Shown: piece after piece, positions 1 through 13,742 of the stretch
Numbering within the stretch: the first letter of the stretch is position 1
Layout: each line of letters begins with the position of its first letter
Assembly (NCBI RefSeq): GCF_019393635.1
Contig: NC_057861.1
Location: 633,012,827-633,076,826, forward strand
DNA: 64,000 nt
Reading direction: 5' to 3'
Source of the DNA: Dromiciops gliroides
Taxonomy: Eukaryota
Notes under the pieces: generated by a model
Seen by the model: the letters and a program-made list of their open reading frames with translations, nothing else
Database searches by the model: none
Told to the model about the DNA's origin: nothing
Made by a program: the position numbers and the translations under genes

Positions 1-229
1 GTTGTCTACTGTGGTTTCTGCTCCTTTTTCCTGCTGTTTTTCTTGCTTTTTCTGTATGCCTTGGAGGTCTTTTTCCAAGTCTATCTCTCCTTTTGTTTTT
101 AGTCCCTTTCATTATCTCTCCCTAAATTTGTGCCCTCATCTCTTTTTTCCTAGTCTGTCTCTAAGTCTGTCTTTCTGGGACAGATTGCTTCTCCAAGTCT
201 AATTCCCATTCTCTGTGTCTCTGTTTTCG

Positions 230-519
230 TTTCTCCAAGGTTGTCACTGTCTTACCCAGATGGCCTGTCTGTCTCTCTCTGTCTCTTCATCTCTTTTTCT
301 TTCCATCTCAGGTTCTCTCTCCTTCTCTGTCTCTGTCTGTCTGTCTCTTTCTCCCTGTCTCTGCTCTGTATCTCTTGGGGTCCTGGTAATTTTCTCTCTG
401 TGTGTCTCTTTGAGTCTCTCCAACTATCTTTCTGTCTCCATTTCTATGCCTCCAGGTCTTCCTGTTTCTACAAGTCAGTCTCTCTGATCTCTCTCTCTCT
501 AATCTCTTTCTCTCTCTGA

Positions 520-555
<36 letters not shown>

Positions 556-600
556 TCTCTCCAGTTCTTTTTCTGTCTCTAAGTCCCCCCAGCTCTCTTC
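230..600. repeat. CT-rich low-complexity / degenerate (TC)n-(TCTG)n region
   Basis: Homopyrimidine top strand over ~400 bp; yields serine/leucine-rich pseudo-ORFs. Confidence 0.85.
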
Positions 601-1654
601 CCGTCCCATGTTTCTCACCTTCTTTTCTTCAGATACTACACCAGCCTCTGTTCTCATCCGCTTTGAGGTATGATCACTTCAGTGCATGCCGGGAGGGAAC
701 TGAGTGGGGTGGGGTCCCCAGAAGAGCATAAAGAGGGCCCATTTGGGGCAGGCAATTGGGCAACTGTGACCCAACTCCCCCTGCCACCCTCTTCCTCCCA
801 GGTGTTTCTATGGAAACAGGGTGGATGTGGTCACCCGTGGTAAAGAGCCATTTCCTGGGGTGAGGTGGCACCGGAAGAGGGAGTAGTTCTCTGCTCCCCA
901 GTGTGAAAGGTTTTGTTTTGTTTTGTTTTTGCCTCTGTAGTTCTTTTGTTCTCAATTTCCTGATGCTAGAACCTTCTACTTTTTTTCTGGGTGCAGGGTC
1001 TGGGCATTTACTCAGAGGTTAGGAAGGGAAAGCAATCAGATTAGTCCTGAACCTTTGGAGATCCAAGGGCATCATGAGAAATCAGCTTGCCCACTTAATG
1101 GAGGTTGTCCTGCTACATATGTCTCTGCCCACGATGTCCTGTCCTTCCCCTCACCCTGATCCTCCCACTCTCACAAATTCTACTCTGTTCCTGACGCTAA
1201 TCCTCACATTCCCACCTCTCTCCCTCTTGCTTCCCTAAACTCTAGATCAAGTCCTGGTGCTTTGGTTACTGAATGTTCAGGTTTCTAGGAGATGCAACAG
1301 AGAATGTCAGGATTCAGATTAGAGAGAGGTCATAAGATCATAGATTTAGAATTTAAAGGGACCTTAAAGGTGACCTAGTTCAACCCTGTCATTTTACATA
1401 TTGAAGAAACTGAGGCCCAGAAAAAGATTATTTGCCCATACAGGTATTAAGTGCCAGAGTCAGGATTCAAATTCAGGTCCTCTAACTCTATATCCACTGT
1501 TCTTTACACTGTGTTATGATGCTCCACCTCCCAAAGGGCCCTAGCCAACTGTTCTATTCTTTGACAACCTGGAAAAGCTCCAGATTGGATCTGGACCTCA
1601 ATTTGATTTCATCCTGACCCTGGAAGAGTATTCAGCTACCAGTAGCTTCTTCTT

Positions 1655-1808
1655 CTTCTTCTTTTTTTTTTTTTAGTGAGGCAATTGGGGTTAAGTGACT
1701 TGCCCAGGGTCACACAGCTAGTAAGTGTTATGTGTCAGAGGCCAGATTTGAACTCAGGTACTCCTGACTCCAGGGCCAGTGCTTTATCCACTGCGCCACC
1801 TAGCCGCC
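1655..1808 (-). mobile_element. Marsupial tRNA-SINE, minus orientation; TSD taccagtagcttct
   Basis: TACCAGTAGCTTCT at 1638-1651 and 1811-1824. Confidence 0.9.
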
Positions 1809-2430
1809 CCTACCAGTAGCTTCTAATAAAGATAAAATTACCAATAGCTGTTTATTAAGTAAGCATTTACTATATGCACAACTCTGTGCTCAGTGCTGGT
1901 AGGGAAACGCACCTAACCCTAGATGCTGAACTAGTTAATCTCTGGGGCTCTATTGAGCTCTGAAAATCTTACAACTGTGTATGGTTCTGTGGGCCATTGT
2001 GTCCAATATGAAGATAAAAGACACAGCCCTGACCTTTTCAGTACGAGGACCTTTGAGATGTCTTAAAACTAGTCGACGGGGCGGCTAGGTGGTGCAGTGG
2101 ATAGAGCACTTGGAAAACATATTTTCCCTACACATGAACTCTTCATTTTACATGTAATGCAAATGTTTGTTCCCTGATGGTACACATGTATATATTTGGG
2201 GGAGAATGTGTTCCGAGTTTTTTAAGGGCAGAAGAATGTTCTATGGCTACATGTATTAGTTTGCTATTTCATTAAATATCCCTGCTTTAAACTAATTGTG
2301 TCCTCACAATTGACTGACAAGAAAAAAAAAATACATCAATAAGCTCTTACAGTACACATCAAACACATGAGCTCTCATAGTACAAAGATGCAGACCTAGA
2401 GGCTAGCCAAGAGGTGCTCCCTGGAATGCT

Positions 2431-3400
2431 ATGTTCAAGCATGCCCCCTTTGTCCTTGTTGATTACCAGCCCTCTGTCTACTTACATCAGTCCCATGCTA
2501 TCAATCTGCTCTGCAGACTGTTTAACTGCCAGCCTTTCCACATTCAACATGAATTCAGAGGGCTTCTCTCCCTGGAGCTGAAAGATATGGACAAACTGGA
2601 TAGAAGAGTCTTTGCTACGAAAACAACTCTGAGGTACCACCTCAAATCTATCAGATTGGCTAACAGGACAGAAAAGGAAAATGATAAATGTTGGAGGGGA
2701 TGTTGGAAAATTGAGACACTCATACATTGTTGGTGGAATTGTGACCAGATCCAACTATTCTGGAAAGCAATTTGGAACTATGTCCAAAGGGTAATTCCAC
2801 TACTAGATCTGAATACCAAAGAGATAAAGAAAGTGTGTGGAGGGGGGGCAGACTTGTACAAAACTATTTTTAGCAGCTCTTTTAGTGGTGGCAAAGAATT
2901 GGAAGTTATGGGGATACCCATCAATTGGGGAATGAATGAAATACTATTGCACTACAAGAAATGAAGAACAGGTTGATTTCAGAAAAACTTGGAAAGACTT
3001 CTATGAACTGATGGAAATTGAAGTGAGCAGAATCAGGAGAACATTTTTACACAGTAACAGCAACATTGTACAATGACCAACTGTGAATGAGACAATTCCA
3101 AAGGACTCATGAGGAAAAATGCTATTCACATTCAGAAAGAGAACTCTTATAATTGTGAACACAGATTGAAGCATACTATTTTCACTTTTTTTCCATGGTT
3201 TTTTTCTTTTGTTCTGTTTCTTCTTTCATGATATGACTAATATGGAAATATATTTTACATGATTGCACATATGTAACCTATATCAAATTGCCTGCCATCT
3301 TAGAGAAGGGGGAGGTAGAGAAAAAATTTGGAACTCAAAAATGTTAAATGAATCTTAAAATTTGTCTTTATGTATGATTAGAAAAAATAATATTAAAAAT
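2431..3400 (+). mobile_element. LINE-1 3' fragment (ORF2 C-terminal domain remnant plus 3' UTR), + orientation
   Basis: ORF with the CWRGCWK..TLIHCWWNCDQIQLFWKAIWNYVQ motif typical of the L1 ORF2 C-terminus, followed by the marsupial L1 3' UTR signature (TATGGAAATATATTTTACATGATTGCACATATGTAACCTATATCAAATTGC..AAAATTTGGAACTCAAA). Confidence 0.75.
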
Positions 3401-6400
3401 GCAAATTAAGTTTCAAACTAGGAAAAAAGAGCAGTCTTTGCTTTAGCAAATTTTCTATCCAGGATCTGCAATGTGTCCAACACTGTGACCTCAGGATTCA
3501 TTTTATGAGGACATATGAGACCAAATATAAGACAACTCACCCCCCCCCCCCGCCCTGCCTCCAGCTTCTTTCATTAGCCTCTTCCATTTGTCATTGTTGG
3601 ACTACTTCAGTAACATGTCCTATCCAGAACTCAAAGTTTCCTTCCCATGGGGGCAAAGAGGCTGTTCTTCACTTCAGGAAGCAGATCCCTTGTTTTCACC
3701 CTCTCAAGTTTCAGTCCTCTCTCCTCTCCATCTCTGTTACTATTGTCTTTCCTCCTAACAAGCACTTTGTGTCATCTTTGGTTCCACCATCTCTCTGCAG
3801 GAATATTTTAAACTGTCTTGCCAGCTCCTGGTCCTCAATAGAGAGCCTAGTAACTAATTTCCACATATCATCCTCAACTTTTCTCTCCTTATGGATGCCG
3901 GAAATGGCTGTAGCACCAAACGATTGGCAGCCATTATTCCACCATACTTTTTCAGCAGGTCATTTTCCCAAACTGTCTTCCATAATTCCTCCTAAAAGTA
4001 ACAGCCCCTGTAAGGTTTCTGACCCCACCAATGAGTGACACATTTTCAATGATTATTACAGATGCTGCACAGGGAATTGATACTGAAGATTAGCTAGTTC
4101 TGAGTAGTCCTTGATGAATTCAAGTTACCTGGCCCAGATGAACTATACCCCAAGAACTGAAAGACATTTCAAATGTGATTGCTGAACTACTGTCAGTGCT
4201 ATTTGAAAGATTGTGGAGAATGTGATAGATGATTGATTGGACCCCTATTTTATTCCAATCAGTATTAATCAGTTTGCTATGATTCCATAGGGGTAGTGAT
4301 TCTAAGTTCTGCATATCAGGCCCCAGAGCTGCAAACTGCAGATTGTAAATTTTCTTGCTTAATCATAGGAAGCTAACTAGAGGACCTCCACCCTTGTTTT
4401 TGCCTTGTTATAATGACCAAGCCCAGAGTGGCAGAGGTGACTCAATTACACGGAAAGTCCCCCAGCTATTTTTGTTGTCCCTCTTTCCCTTATCATCCCT
4501 CTATTGCCCAACATGGGGAGATGACCATGAGAACATAACCAATGAGTGACCCCAGTTGCCAGATTGAGGCCTGCCCTTCCACCAGCCCATTGACCCATTT
4601 AGATGTTTTGACATCTGTTCATCAGCCCACCTGCTCCTCAGTTTTGGTAGGACCTCCTGGAAGGTCAAGATAGGTCTGATAAGGTCTGCTCTCTAGCCCA
4701 TTTGTGAACCAATGGGATTATGTATTTTGTGTAAACACTTCTGGAGGGACAAAGGCAAGGTCTATCCACCAATGAGATTTTGTATTTTTGGCCTACTTCA
4801 CCAGTATTATCCAAGTAGCACTATAAAAGTAAGGTCCTGCAGGAAGTGGGCATCTCAGATGGTGAAAAAGATCTAAGGGCCACTTAATTAGAAGGGTCCA
4901 TAGACCTTTTAATAAAGTGCCATTGGCTCAGAGCTCTGCCTCAGTATTTTTTCTTGCAGATTGGACAATTTTGAAGAATCTTCACAAGAAAAGAGGTTAA
5001 AGACGGTCAATAAACATTTTTAAACCCCTCCATCATGCCAGACACTGGACTAAGCATTGGGGATACCAAAAAAAAAAAAAAAAAAAGGTATGACAGTCCC
5101 TGCTTGCAAGGAGTTCACAGTCAAATGGATGAGACAACATGCAAACAACTTTGTACAAAAAAGCTAGATACAAAATAAATTGGAAATAATTAACAGAAGA
5201 AAGGCACTAGAATGAAAGGAAACCACAAAAGGAAGCCAGGAGGTGAAGATAAGGAGAAGGAGGAGTCCAGATATTGGGGACAGTCAGAAGAAATGTCCTA
5301 CATATACCAAAAAATGTTCGTGGCATTCCTTTTTTTGTGGTAGCAAAGAACTGGAAACAAAATGGACTCCCATCGATTGGGGAATGTCTAAAGCTTTGGA
5401 CTGAAAACAGATGAAATTCATGGGCATAAATGTTTTAAGCCTGAGTTCAAAAAATCAACTTCAAAAGCACAGAATGGAGAAAGCACAGTTGACTGGCAAC
5501 TCATCTGAAAAAGATCTGAAGGTTTTAGTGGACTACAAGCTCAATGTGAAATAGTGTAAGGTGAGAGCCAAAAAGAGCTGATGTTATATTGCACTACATG
5601 GAAAGGCACAGCTAACAGAAATAATAAGGTGATAATTCATCTGTATTCTGCCCTGGTCAGACCATAACTGAAATTTTGTATCCAGTTCTAGGGGTGACAT
5701 TTTAGGAAGGAAATTGATAAAACTGGAGGACATCTGAAACTGATCAAGCAGGGGAGAGATGGGCCCTGCATCTGTCTGTCCTATATTGATCTGTCGGAGA
5801 GGCTGAAGAAAAGTCTCAGAAGGGACATGATCACTGTGTTTCAGGATTTACAAGGCTGTCTGTCATATGGAGGAGGAATTAGGCTTGTTTTGTTTGGCTC
5901 CAGCAGGTGGATCCAGGAGAAATAGGGGGAAATGGGAAAAGCAGATTTAAGTTGGGTAGAAAGGAAAACTTCCTAACAGTTAACACTATCCAAAAGAGCA
6001 ACGGGCTGCTTCAGTCGGCAGTGAATGGGCTTCTGCCCTTTGGAAGGGGGGAGCTATAGTGGAGGCTCATTCAGGGTAGGAAGGAGTTGTGCTGAATGTC
6101 CACTGGAGTCCCTTCCAACTCTGACATTCTGTGACCTCAAGCACAGCCTTCATTGTATCTTAGTCCAATCTCAATGAGAATGTACTGCAACAATACAGCA
6201 CTATTCAACAATAATAGCAGTTATTAATGCTATAGCAGTGCAGACATATGCTATACCAAATAGAAACTGTACACGCCAAACTGGTTCTTTACATATCCAT
6301 AGGATAAAGAGATATAGTAAAACAACTCTCCTGCTCAGGAAGGATTTCAATGAGAAACAAAACAAAAAACAAAAAACTTTTAACAATCAATTGTTGCCCA

Positions 6401-7358
6401 GAGGAGATAAATAGAAAGAAAGATATATACAGATAGAAATATTGATAGAGATGATATAGATATATTGTCCTTGCAACTTCAATCTAACCCAGTGATCAAA
6501 TTGTCTTTAAAAAAAAAGCTTAAAAATTAAAATTGATCCCAGACAAAACTGTCACATAAATGTAACCAATTCTTTAGGGGTCTATAGGCAAGTCACCTCT
6601 TTACCGGCTACTCCCTGAGACTCTACTCAGGGCCCAGATTCAGGATCTTATAGATTAGCCTAACTCCTACCCCACTAGAAACTTCCTTGTCTTATATACA
6701 TACAGTCATTAAAATATTTAGATATCATATTATAGAAAAGCAAACGTTTTACTTAGATTAGACAGGAAGACAATATTGTTTTTAAAAGTATTAGGCACAG
6801 ATAACACAAACCACAGAAAATGTAATCACCTCCCAAGGTCAAGGTTCTTTTTTGTCTCACTCCCACTCAGGTACTCAAATGACTGGGTTGCTGAGAGTCC
6901 AGAGTCTTCTGATCCAGGGTCCTATAGCTTCAGCAACTTTAATCTAGGGTAAATGGAGCAGATGGGAGTAGGCCTTGCCCATCATTGGGGGGACATGGAC
7001 ATCTTCACAGCCTGCCAGAACATCCCCCCTATGTAGAAGGTAAAGTCTGTGCAGGGGTCTGCAAGAGCACCAGCAGCACTGAGTGTGCACACCAGGCATC
7101 AGCAGGGATAATGAAGCTTGGTCAATAGTAATATCCAACATCCAACCTTGGCAGGAGAGGAGGAGAATTCTCAAAGCCTCCAAAGCCCTGCTCAGCCCAA
7201 GTCTGGCAGTACACGCTCCCCGACTTGCTGCACCCATCATCCTCTCACCCTTTTTCCTTCATTATTACTTGAGAAAATCCATTCCTGTACATGCCACCAA
7301 TCAGAGTCCTCACTGGTTTTTCATCATCAGTTGCTAAGCTCCTGATAAATGGCTTCCA

Positions 7359-7364
<6 letters not shown>

Positions 7365-7420
<56 letters not shown>
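7365..7420. repeat. (TC)n dinucleotide microsatellite
   Basis: ~28 TC units. Confidence 0.95.
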
Positions 7421-7422
<2 letters not shown>

Positions 7423-7470
7423 AGCCTTTTCAACAAGGCTCAGTTTTCATGTCAAAAAAGTGTCATTTTA

Positions 7471-7622
7471 GGGCAGCTAGGTGGCGCAGTAGATAGAGCA
7501 CCGGCCCTGGAGTCAGGAGTACCTGGGTTCAAATCCGACCTCAGACACTTAACACTTACCAGCTGTGTGACCCTGGGCAAGTCACTTAACCCCAATTGCC
7601 TCACTAAAAAAAAAAAAAAAAA
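7471..7622 (+). mobile_element. Marsupial tRNA-derived SINE (SINE1/Mon1-type) with poly-A; TSD aaaagtgtcattt
   Basis: GGGCAGCTAGGTGGCGCAGTAGATAGAGCACCGGCCCTGGAGTCAGGAG...GGGCAAGTCACTTAACCCCAATTGCC + A15; direct repeats on both flanks. Confidence 0.9.
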
Positions 7623-7961
7623 AGTGTCATTTACCTCCATGTGATAACAGTTATACTATTAATAATATCTATAGACTGAGAAAACACATAATACCAAAAA
7701 ACCCCTACTATACATTCTATAATGCTTTTAAATGAATTTGATTAATCGTAATATCTGCAGGGATAGAAACTGTACTTGTGACTGCTCTACCAATTTATGT
7801 CAGCAACTTCTCTACAACTCAGAGACTTAGAAAGCCGTCTAAACTACTGAGTGGTCCAGTGACCTACCTAGAGTCATAGAGATAGCATATGTCAGAATCA
7901 GGAATCAAACTCAGGTCTGGGAGGCTCCCAATCCAGCTTTCTATGGGCTGCAATGCACTAC

Positions 7962-7999
<38 letters not shown>

Positions 8000-8080
8000 G
8001 CAATATAATACTTACATTTGTGAGATACACTATTTATTTGGTTTCTAGATGTTTGTGCTTGCTAAAAAGTCAAAATATTG

Positions 8081-8234
8081 GGGGCAGCTAGGTGGTGCAG
8101 TGGATAGAGCACTGGTCCTGGATTCAGGAGTACCTGAGTTCAAATCCAGCTTCAGACACTTGACATCTACTAGCTGTGTGACCTTGGGCAAGTCACTTAA
8201 CCCTCATTGCCCAGCCCAAAAAACAAACAAACAA
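8081..8234 (+). mobile_element. Marsupial tRNA-SINE copy; TSD aaagtcaaaatattg
   Basis: SINE consensus with 15-bp flanking direct repeats. Confidence 0.9.
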
Positions 8235-8289
8235 AAGTCAAAATATTGATGTTTCCTGTGAAAACAGATTCGGAGACCATGGTGAGACA

Positions 8290-8830
8290 GTAAAGTTTTA
8301 AAATGTTATGATGCTGAAGGTACTATATACATGTTATGATGAATAGGATACTATCAGAAAAACCTGGAAAGACCTACATGAACTGAAGCTGAGTGAAATG
8401 TACTGTATACAAAATAACAGCAATAGTGTAAGATATTCTGCTGGGAAACGTGGTTATTTTCAACAAGGCAATGATCCAATATAACCCTGAAGAACTTATG
8501 AAAATTGCAACCTATTTACAGAGAAAGAACTGATAGTATCTGAAAACAGATGTAAATACATAAAAAAAAAATTTTTTCCTTTTTGACAATTCCTTAATCT
8601 AAAGTTTTGGTTTTTTTTTTTTTTTTTACTGTTTTCTCTCATAACCTAGCTAATGTTGGGAATGTTTTCCATGACTACTGATGTATAACTTATTCTGAAT
8701 TGCTTGAGTTCTTGTGGGTGGGGGATGGGAATGGAGGGAGGAAGAGAAGTTGGAACACAAAGTTTTTTAAAAATCGATGTGAAAATTTGTTTTTACATAT
8801 ATTTTGGAAAATAAAATTCTATTAAGAGAA
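8290..8830 (+). mobile_element. LINE-1 3' UTR fragment, + orientation
   Basis: Same 3' UTR family as 2960-3400, 14340-14640 and 42100-42590 (..GAACTGAAGCTGAGTGAAATG..CAGCAATAGTGTAAGAT...). Confidence 0.6.
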
Positions 8831-8858
8831 AAAGAAAATTTTTAATGTTACGATGCTA

Positions 8859-9015
8859 GGAGCAGCTAGGTGGCGCAATGGATAAAGCACCGGCCCTGGA
8901 TTCAGGAGGACCTGGGTTCAAATTTGGCCTCAGACACTTGACACTTACTAGCTGTGTGACCCTGGACCAGTCACTTAACCCTCATTGCCCTCCAAAAATT
9001 AAAAAATAAAATAAA
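8859..9015 (+). mobile_element. Marsupial tRNA-SINE copy; TSD aatgttaYgatgct
   Basis: SINE consensus plus flanking direct repeat. Confidence 0.85.
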
Positions 9016-9077
9016 ATGTTATGATGCTGTCCATAGTGTCTGCTTTTAGTAGTTCAATATTCCCATCAATAATGTGT

Positions 9078-9204
9078 AGGGCAATTAGGTGGTGCAGCAG
9101 ATAAAGCACTGGCCCTGGAGTCAGGAGGAGTTGAGTTCAAATTTGACCTGACACTTACTAGCTGTGTGACCCTGGGCAAGTCACTTAACCTTAATTGCCT
9201 TAAA
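9078..9204 (+). mobile_element. Marsupial tRNA-SINE copy, 3'-truncated, abutting a second repeat family at 9205
   Basis: GGGCAATTAGGTGGTGCAGCAGATAAAGCACTGGCCCTGGAGTCAGGAGG... Confidence 0.8.
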
Positions 9205-9350
9205 CATTCAGACCCAGATGGCCCTGGAGGAGAGAGTGAAGTTGGTGACCTTGCACAGTCCTCCCTCACTTAAATCCAATACAGTGCAAGTCATGACATC
9301 TGTCATGGTCCCCTCCAGGAATGAAGGACAAACAACAACAATAACATGTA
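9205..9350 (+). repeat. Unclassified interspersed repeat family (GACCCAGATGGCyCTGGAGGAGAGAGTGAgGyTGGTGACyktGCACAGyCCT..CTCACTTAAATCCAAT...GAATGAAGGA); second copy at 30640-30792
   Basis: Two copies in this window (9205-9350 and 30640-30792) share >80% identity over ~140 bp. Confidence 0.6.
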
Positions 9351-9464
9351 AAGGGATGCATTTGCTATTTAAGAGTTTTACAACTTCAAATAACAGTCTT
9401 CCTCTATTCTTCTTCTTCTCAACTATTACTATTGTTCTCTTCCACATTAGAATCCAAATGACAG

Positions 9465-9640
9465 GGGGAAGCTAGGTGGCGCAGTGGAAAGAGCATGGGC
9501 CCTGGAGTCAGGAGGACCTGAGTTCAAATCCAGCCTCAGACACTTAACACTTACTAGCTGTGTGACCCTAGGCAAGTCACTTAACCCCAATTGCCTCTCA
9601 CACACATACAAAAAAAAAATTAAAAAAAAAAAAAGAATCC
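9465..9640 (+). mobile_element. Marsupial tRNA-SINE copy with A-rich tail; TSD agaatccaaatgacag
   Basis: SINE consensus; 16-bp TSD at 9449-9464 and 9641-9656. Confidence 0.9.
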
Positions 9641-10218
9641 AAATGACAGTTTTCTCCCACAACCCTTTTGTATCTCAGCATTCATAGGAGAGGGAAAAGG
9701 GGAAAATTGTAACTCCTTAAAGAAAAGGTCCTATTCTTCTTGGAAGAGCAAGCCCCAAGACTATTAGTGGTTGGTCAAACTAGTCATAGACAATGGAAAT
9801 TCTTTAGGATACTTTCATTATGTGTTTTCGTCTTACCTGAGCAATTTCATTATTTTGCCTTACGCCCTGAATTTGCAGGGAACAAGTGTCCCTGTTTCCA
9901 AAATCATAATAATGCTCAGCTCTACCCAAGAGAAGCAATTTTTGGGGGTAGTTTTCCAGTTCTCATAAATAATTCTCATAAATGGGTTTCTCATCCTAAA
10001 TAGAGATAAAAATAAAAAGGGTGAGCCAATCACTGCCTTGAAATCCCTGAGGAGTTGAAAAAAATTTAAATATCTCTAAGTATACCAGAGATGGGACCTC
10101 TTTTTTGCATAAAAAGGGGAAACTTGAGAGTCATCTTGGAAGGGATTTTGAGCTGCTACCTTCCCTTGCCCCTCTTTCCAGTAGATATTATCAGAGATAG
10201 CAGACCTCATACTGCCTG

Positions 10219-10452
10219 GATAGCTAGGTGGCACGGTGGATAGAGCGCCAGGCCTAGAGTCAGAAAGACCTGAGTCCAAATCTGACCTCAGACACTTAGT
10301 AGCTGGTGACCCTGGGCAAGTCACATAACCCTATTTGTCTCGGTTTCCTCATCTATTAAATGAGCCAGCGAAGGAAATGGCACATCACTCCAATATCTTT
10401 GCCAAGAAAACCCCAAATGGGGTCACAAAAAGTCAGATACAATTGAAAAAAA
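10219..10452 (+). mobile_element. MAR1-type long tRNA-SINE (SINE head + GGTTTCCTCATCT..AAATGAG..GGAAATGGCA..CTTTGCCAAGAAAACCCCAAATGGGGTCAC tail)
   Basis: Composite MIR-like tail characteristic of marsupial MAR1; poly-A at 10440-10452. Confidence 0.8.
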
Positions 10453-10925
10453 AAAAAGACTAAACACCAACAACCTCTACTATCCTAGCAGAGCTACCAC
10501 CATTTCCCTTTTTCTACTCCCTTACCTCCACTGCAACAGCCCTGCAGTCTCAGCTCACAGAAACCCAAATCAAAACCCAGACCAGAAAGGAGGACCTTAT
10601 GTCCAACTATCAGAGACTTCTACTGGCTACTTGGACTTACATCCCCAGAGCCTAACACAGCACAGTGCATGTAATAGGAGCTTGATAGGTACTCGTTGAT
10701 TGATTGATCAATTTCATGTAAGTAGCTAGCCCCTTGGTGTAGTGGTTAGACCATCCGAAATTTTGATACCAATTTAGATTACAATTATTTACTCCCTTTA
10801 GATAGCAATTGCCATTAAATATAGAAAGTAGTATGAATGGGAGCATCTGCTTGATTCGGCCTCCTCTTCAATTACTTTCTGTAAGCCTCAAGAGAAACCA
10901 GGACTTTTAAAAAATGGAGAAAAGC

Positions 10926-11078
10926 GGGGGTGGCTAGGTGGCACAGTGGATAAAGCACCGGCCCTGGATTCAGGAGTACCTGAGTTCAAATCTGGCCTCA
11001 GACACTTGGCACTTAACTAGCTGTGTGACCCTGGACAAGTCACTTAACCCCCATTGCCCCACAAAAAAAAAATGGAGA
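10926..11078 (+). mobile_element. Marsupial tRNA-SINE copy; TSD aaaaatggagaaaa
   Basis: SINE consensus plus flanking direct repeat. Confidence 0.9.
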
Positions 11079-12379
11079 AAAATACTGTGGAAACATATTA
11101 AGAAATAAAACCAAAAACCCCCCTCTTTTTTAAGGCAAAATGACAAATATTAAGAAATAGTTTTTCTTAATACTATCCTTTAAAACACAAATACACATAT
11201 CACCTTTCCAGACTTTCCTGCTGGAAGGAGAATTACTTATAGGACAAAAGTACTTTGTTACAGAAATGGATTATAGTTTTAGAGGAAGAAAAAACCTTCC
11301 CTCTCAAAACTTAGAACACAGTATACTTCTGATCTTTTTGAGATCACTGGCTTTCCCTACTCATGAAGCGACTGGTGTTATGGCCCACCCTTCTCTAGTA
11401 AGAATTAAGAGATCGGTAGAAAAAGTCACTTTGATTATTCCAAGGGAACACTTGAGGGCAGTGATATATGAAGGAACTGAATAGTCACTGTTATTTTGGA
11501 ATGTTAACCTCCAAACTGCTTTTCTTTGTTCAAGATTCTTATAAATATTACTCTAATCATCTTGGGGTAGAAAATCATATTAGAGGGCATGGGGGGAACT
11601 GAGGCAGTTTGGATCTCTCTCTGTCTCTCTGTCTTTCTCTGTCTCTCTTCAGAAATGGTCTGAATATTCAATTAATATTAAATTACATTGTTTCTGGCCA
11701 ACATGTGTCTAAAATGCAGAGTGCAGCATTAATAGTGGTACTAATACGTGAACTCACTGTAATAATTCCATGGTCTTTATAACTCTGGGAATTCACAAAA
11801 CTGCTGATTTAGTTAATCAAGGAGGAAGCTCAGCTAGAGAAACTCAGCTAGAAACTTATACAAAAGTGGCTTATGAAGGCAGGTTCCTAGGAGAGAGAGC
11901 CACCAGGTGAGAGAGGGAAGAGCAGATGTTTGGGGTATCTTGGGCCTGCCCAAAGAGCAGTCTTGTCTTGAGTCTGTGGGCCTATGGCTAGAAAACCAAC
12001 CAAAAAAAAAAGTCCTTATTTTCTCAAAGACCTGGTGTCAAAGGGAAGAGGAAGGGAGTTGGCTGAAAGAGATAAAATAAGCAGCCTGCAGATAGAGGAA
12101 CCAAGAAGAGAAAATAAATTTATAGCTTCTATCCAGATGTGATATGTGGGTATGTGTGCCCCTTTGTGTGTACATTGTGAGACATGGGACACTGCAACAG
12201 AGGCAGTCCAAATAAACGTTGATGTTGCCAAGAGAAAAGACTATGCTGTCACTGTATTTAATTATCCAATGAGGGGTACAATATCTGACATATCCATGAG
12301 GTGACATTTTCCTAGAGCCACCAACCCCAACAGTCATCTTTGGTGCATTAGGTAACATGGCCACCAGAGGGAAGTCAGC

Positions 12380-13451
12380 CTGCAAATGCTTAGACTATTA
12401 TCCCCACCCCCATTCCCAGCTCAGCCTTCAGTGCCAACCAGTCCCAACCACAGCATAACAGGAGACTGGGGCTGCACAGTACCCAGTACCTAGGCAACTC
12501 ACCAGAGTTACAGTGGGTGAAGGGGACCAGACTAGAACCCTGAAAACTCATCACAGCAGGAGGAAGGGTAGTATCAGAAAAGCAAAACATTTATGATCTC
12601 AGAGAACTACTGATAGCCCCATCAGGATCGAGGTGAGCATGTTAGGCTCATAGGCAGGGACAGAGCCAACACTGAGTTCTCCACTGTGCAAGAAAAAGCC
12701 AAGGCCAAGAGCAAGGCCAGGACTAGCCACTAGGAGACAGACAAAATCCAATCATTCCTTTAGAAGAGAGACTCTAGTCTTAGGTACCACTTCCAGAAGC
12801 AAGCAGGGTTTGCCCATACCGTCCAAGAATACTGAAGGAAGCAGAGTCTGGCCCAAACACAAAGACACAATTCAGAAACTAAGGCTAGAGACATGAGTAA
12901 ACACAAGAATAACACCAAACACAATGAAGAAATATCTTGGACTGAGAGAAACCCAAGTGTTAAACTAAAAAAAAAAAAGAATAACTTTTAAAAATCAGTC
13001 CAAGTAGATCCTCAGACAAAAGGACTAACCACAAGGACTACAAGAGTATCTGGAAAAAATGAAACAAGATACAAAATATCATAGTAAAGGAAGCATCTCA
13101 GAAGGAAAGATGGCGAGGAGAATTAATAGCTTAGAACAGATGATCAATATTACTCAAGAATTTAACTCCCTGAAAATTAGAATGACCCAGACAGAAAGCA
13201 ATGCCCCCCTCACACAAGAAATATCAAAGCAAAATAAAAAAATATGGGGGAAATAGAAGATAATATAATTTATATGTTATCAGAGACAACTCACCTAGAA
13301 AACAGGTTAAGGAGAGGTAATCTTAGAATCATCAAACTATCTGAAAATCATAACTAAAAAAATCCTGGCTACTTATTTCAAACAAAACAAAACAAAAACA
13401 AATCATAAATGAAAACTACCTAGATGCATTAGTACTAGAGGATGAAGCCGA

Positions 13452-13511
<60 letters not shown>

Positions 13512-13568
13512 GAGAAAGAAAGAGAGAGAGAAAGAAAGAAAGAAAGAAAGAGAGAAAGAAAGAAAAAG

Positions 13569-13631
<63 letters not shown>

Positions 13632-13672
13632 GAGAAAGAAAGAGAGAGAGAAAGAAAGAAAGAAAGAAAGAG

Positions 13673-13742
<70 letters not shown>

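Noticed and set aside
2431-2964. 177-aa ORF with HCWW..C..Q.FW motif as a functional reverse-transcriptase gene
   Set aside because: It contains only the C-terminal tail of L1 ORF2 fused to upstream non-L1 sequence. It is truncated, lacks the endonuclease and RT domains, and is a dead L1 fragment.
7291-7644. ORFs such as MPPIRVLTGFSSSVAKLLINGFQPSLSLSLSL... and the many ..[44 protein letters not shown].. peptides recurring across the window
   Set aside because: These are translations of (TC)n microsatellites and of the tRNA-derived SINE consensus in either orientation. Their recurrence reflects repeat copy number, not a gene family.
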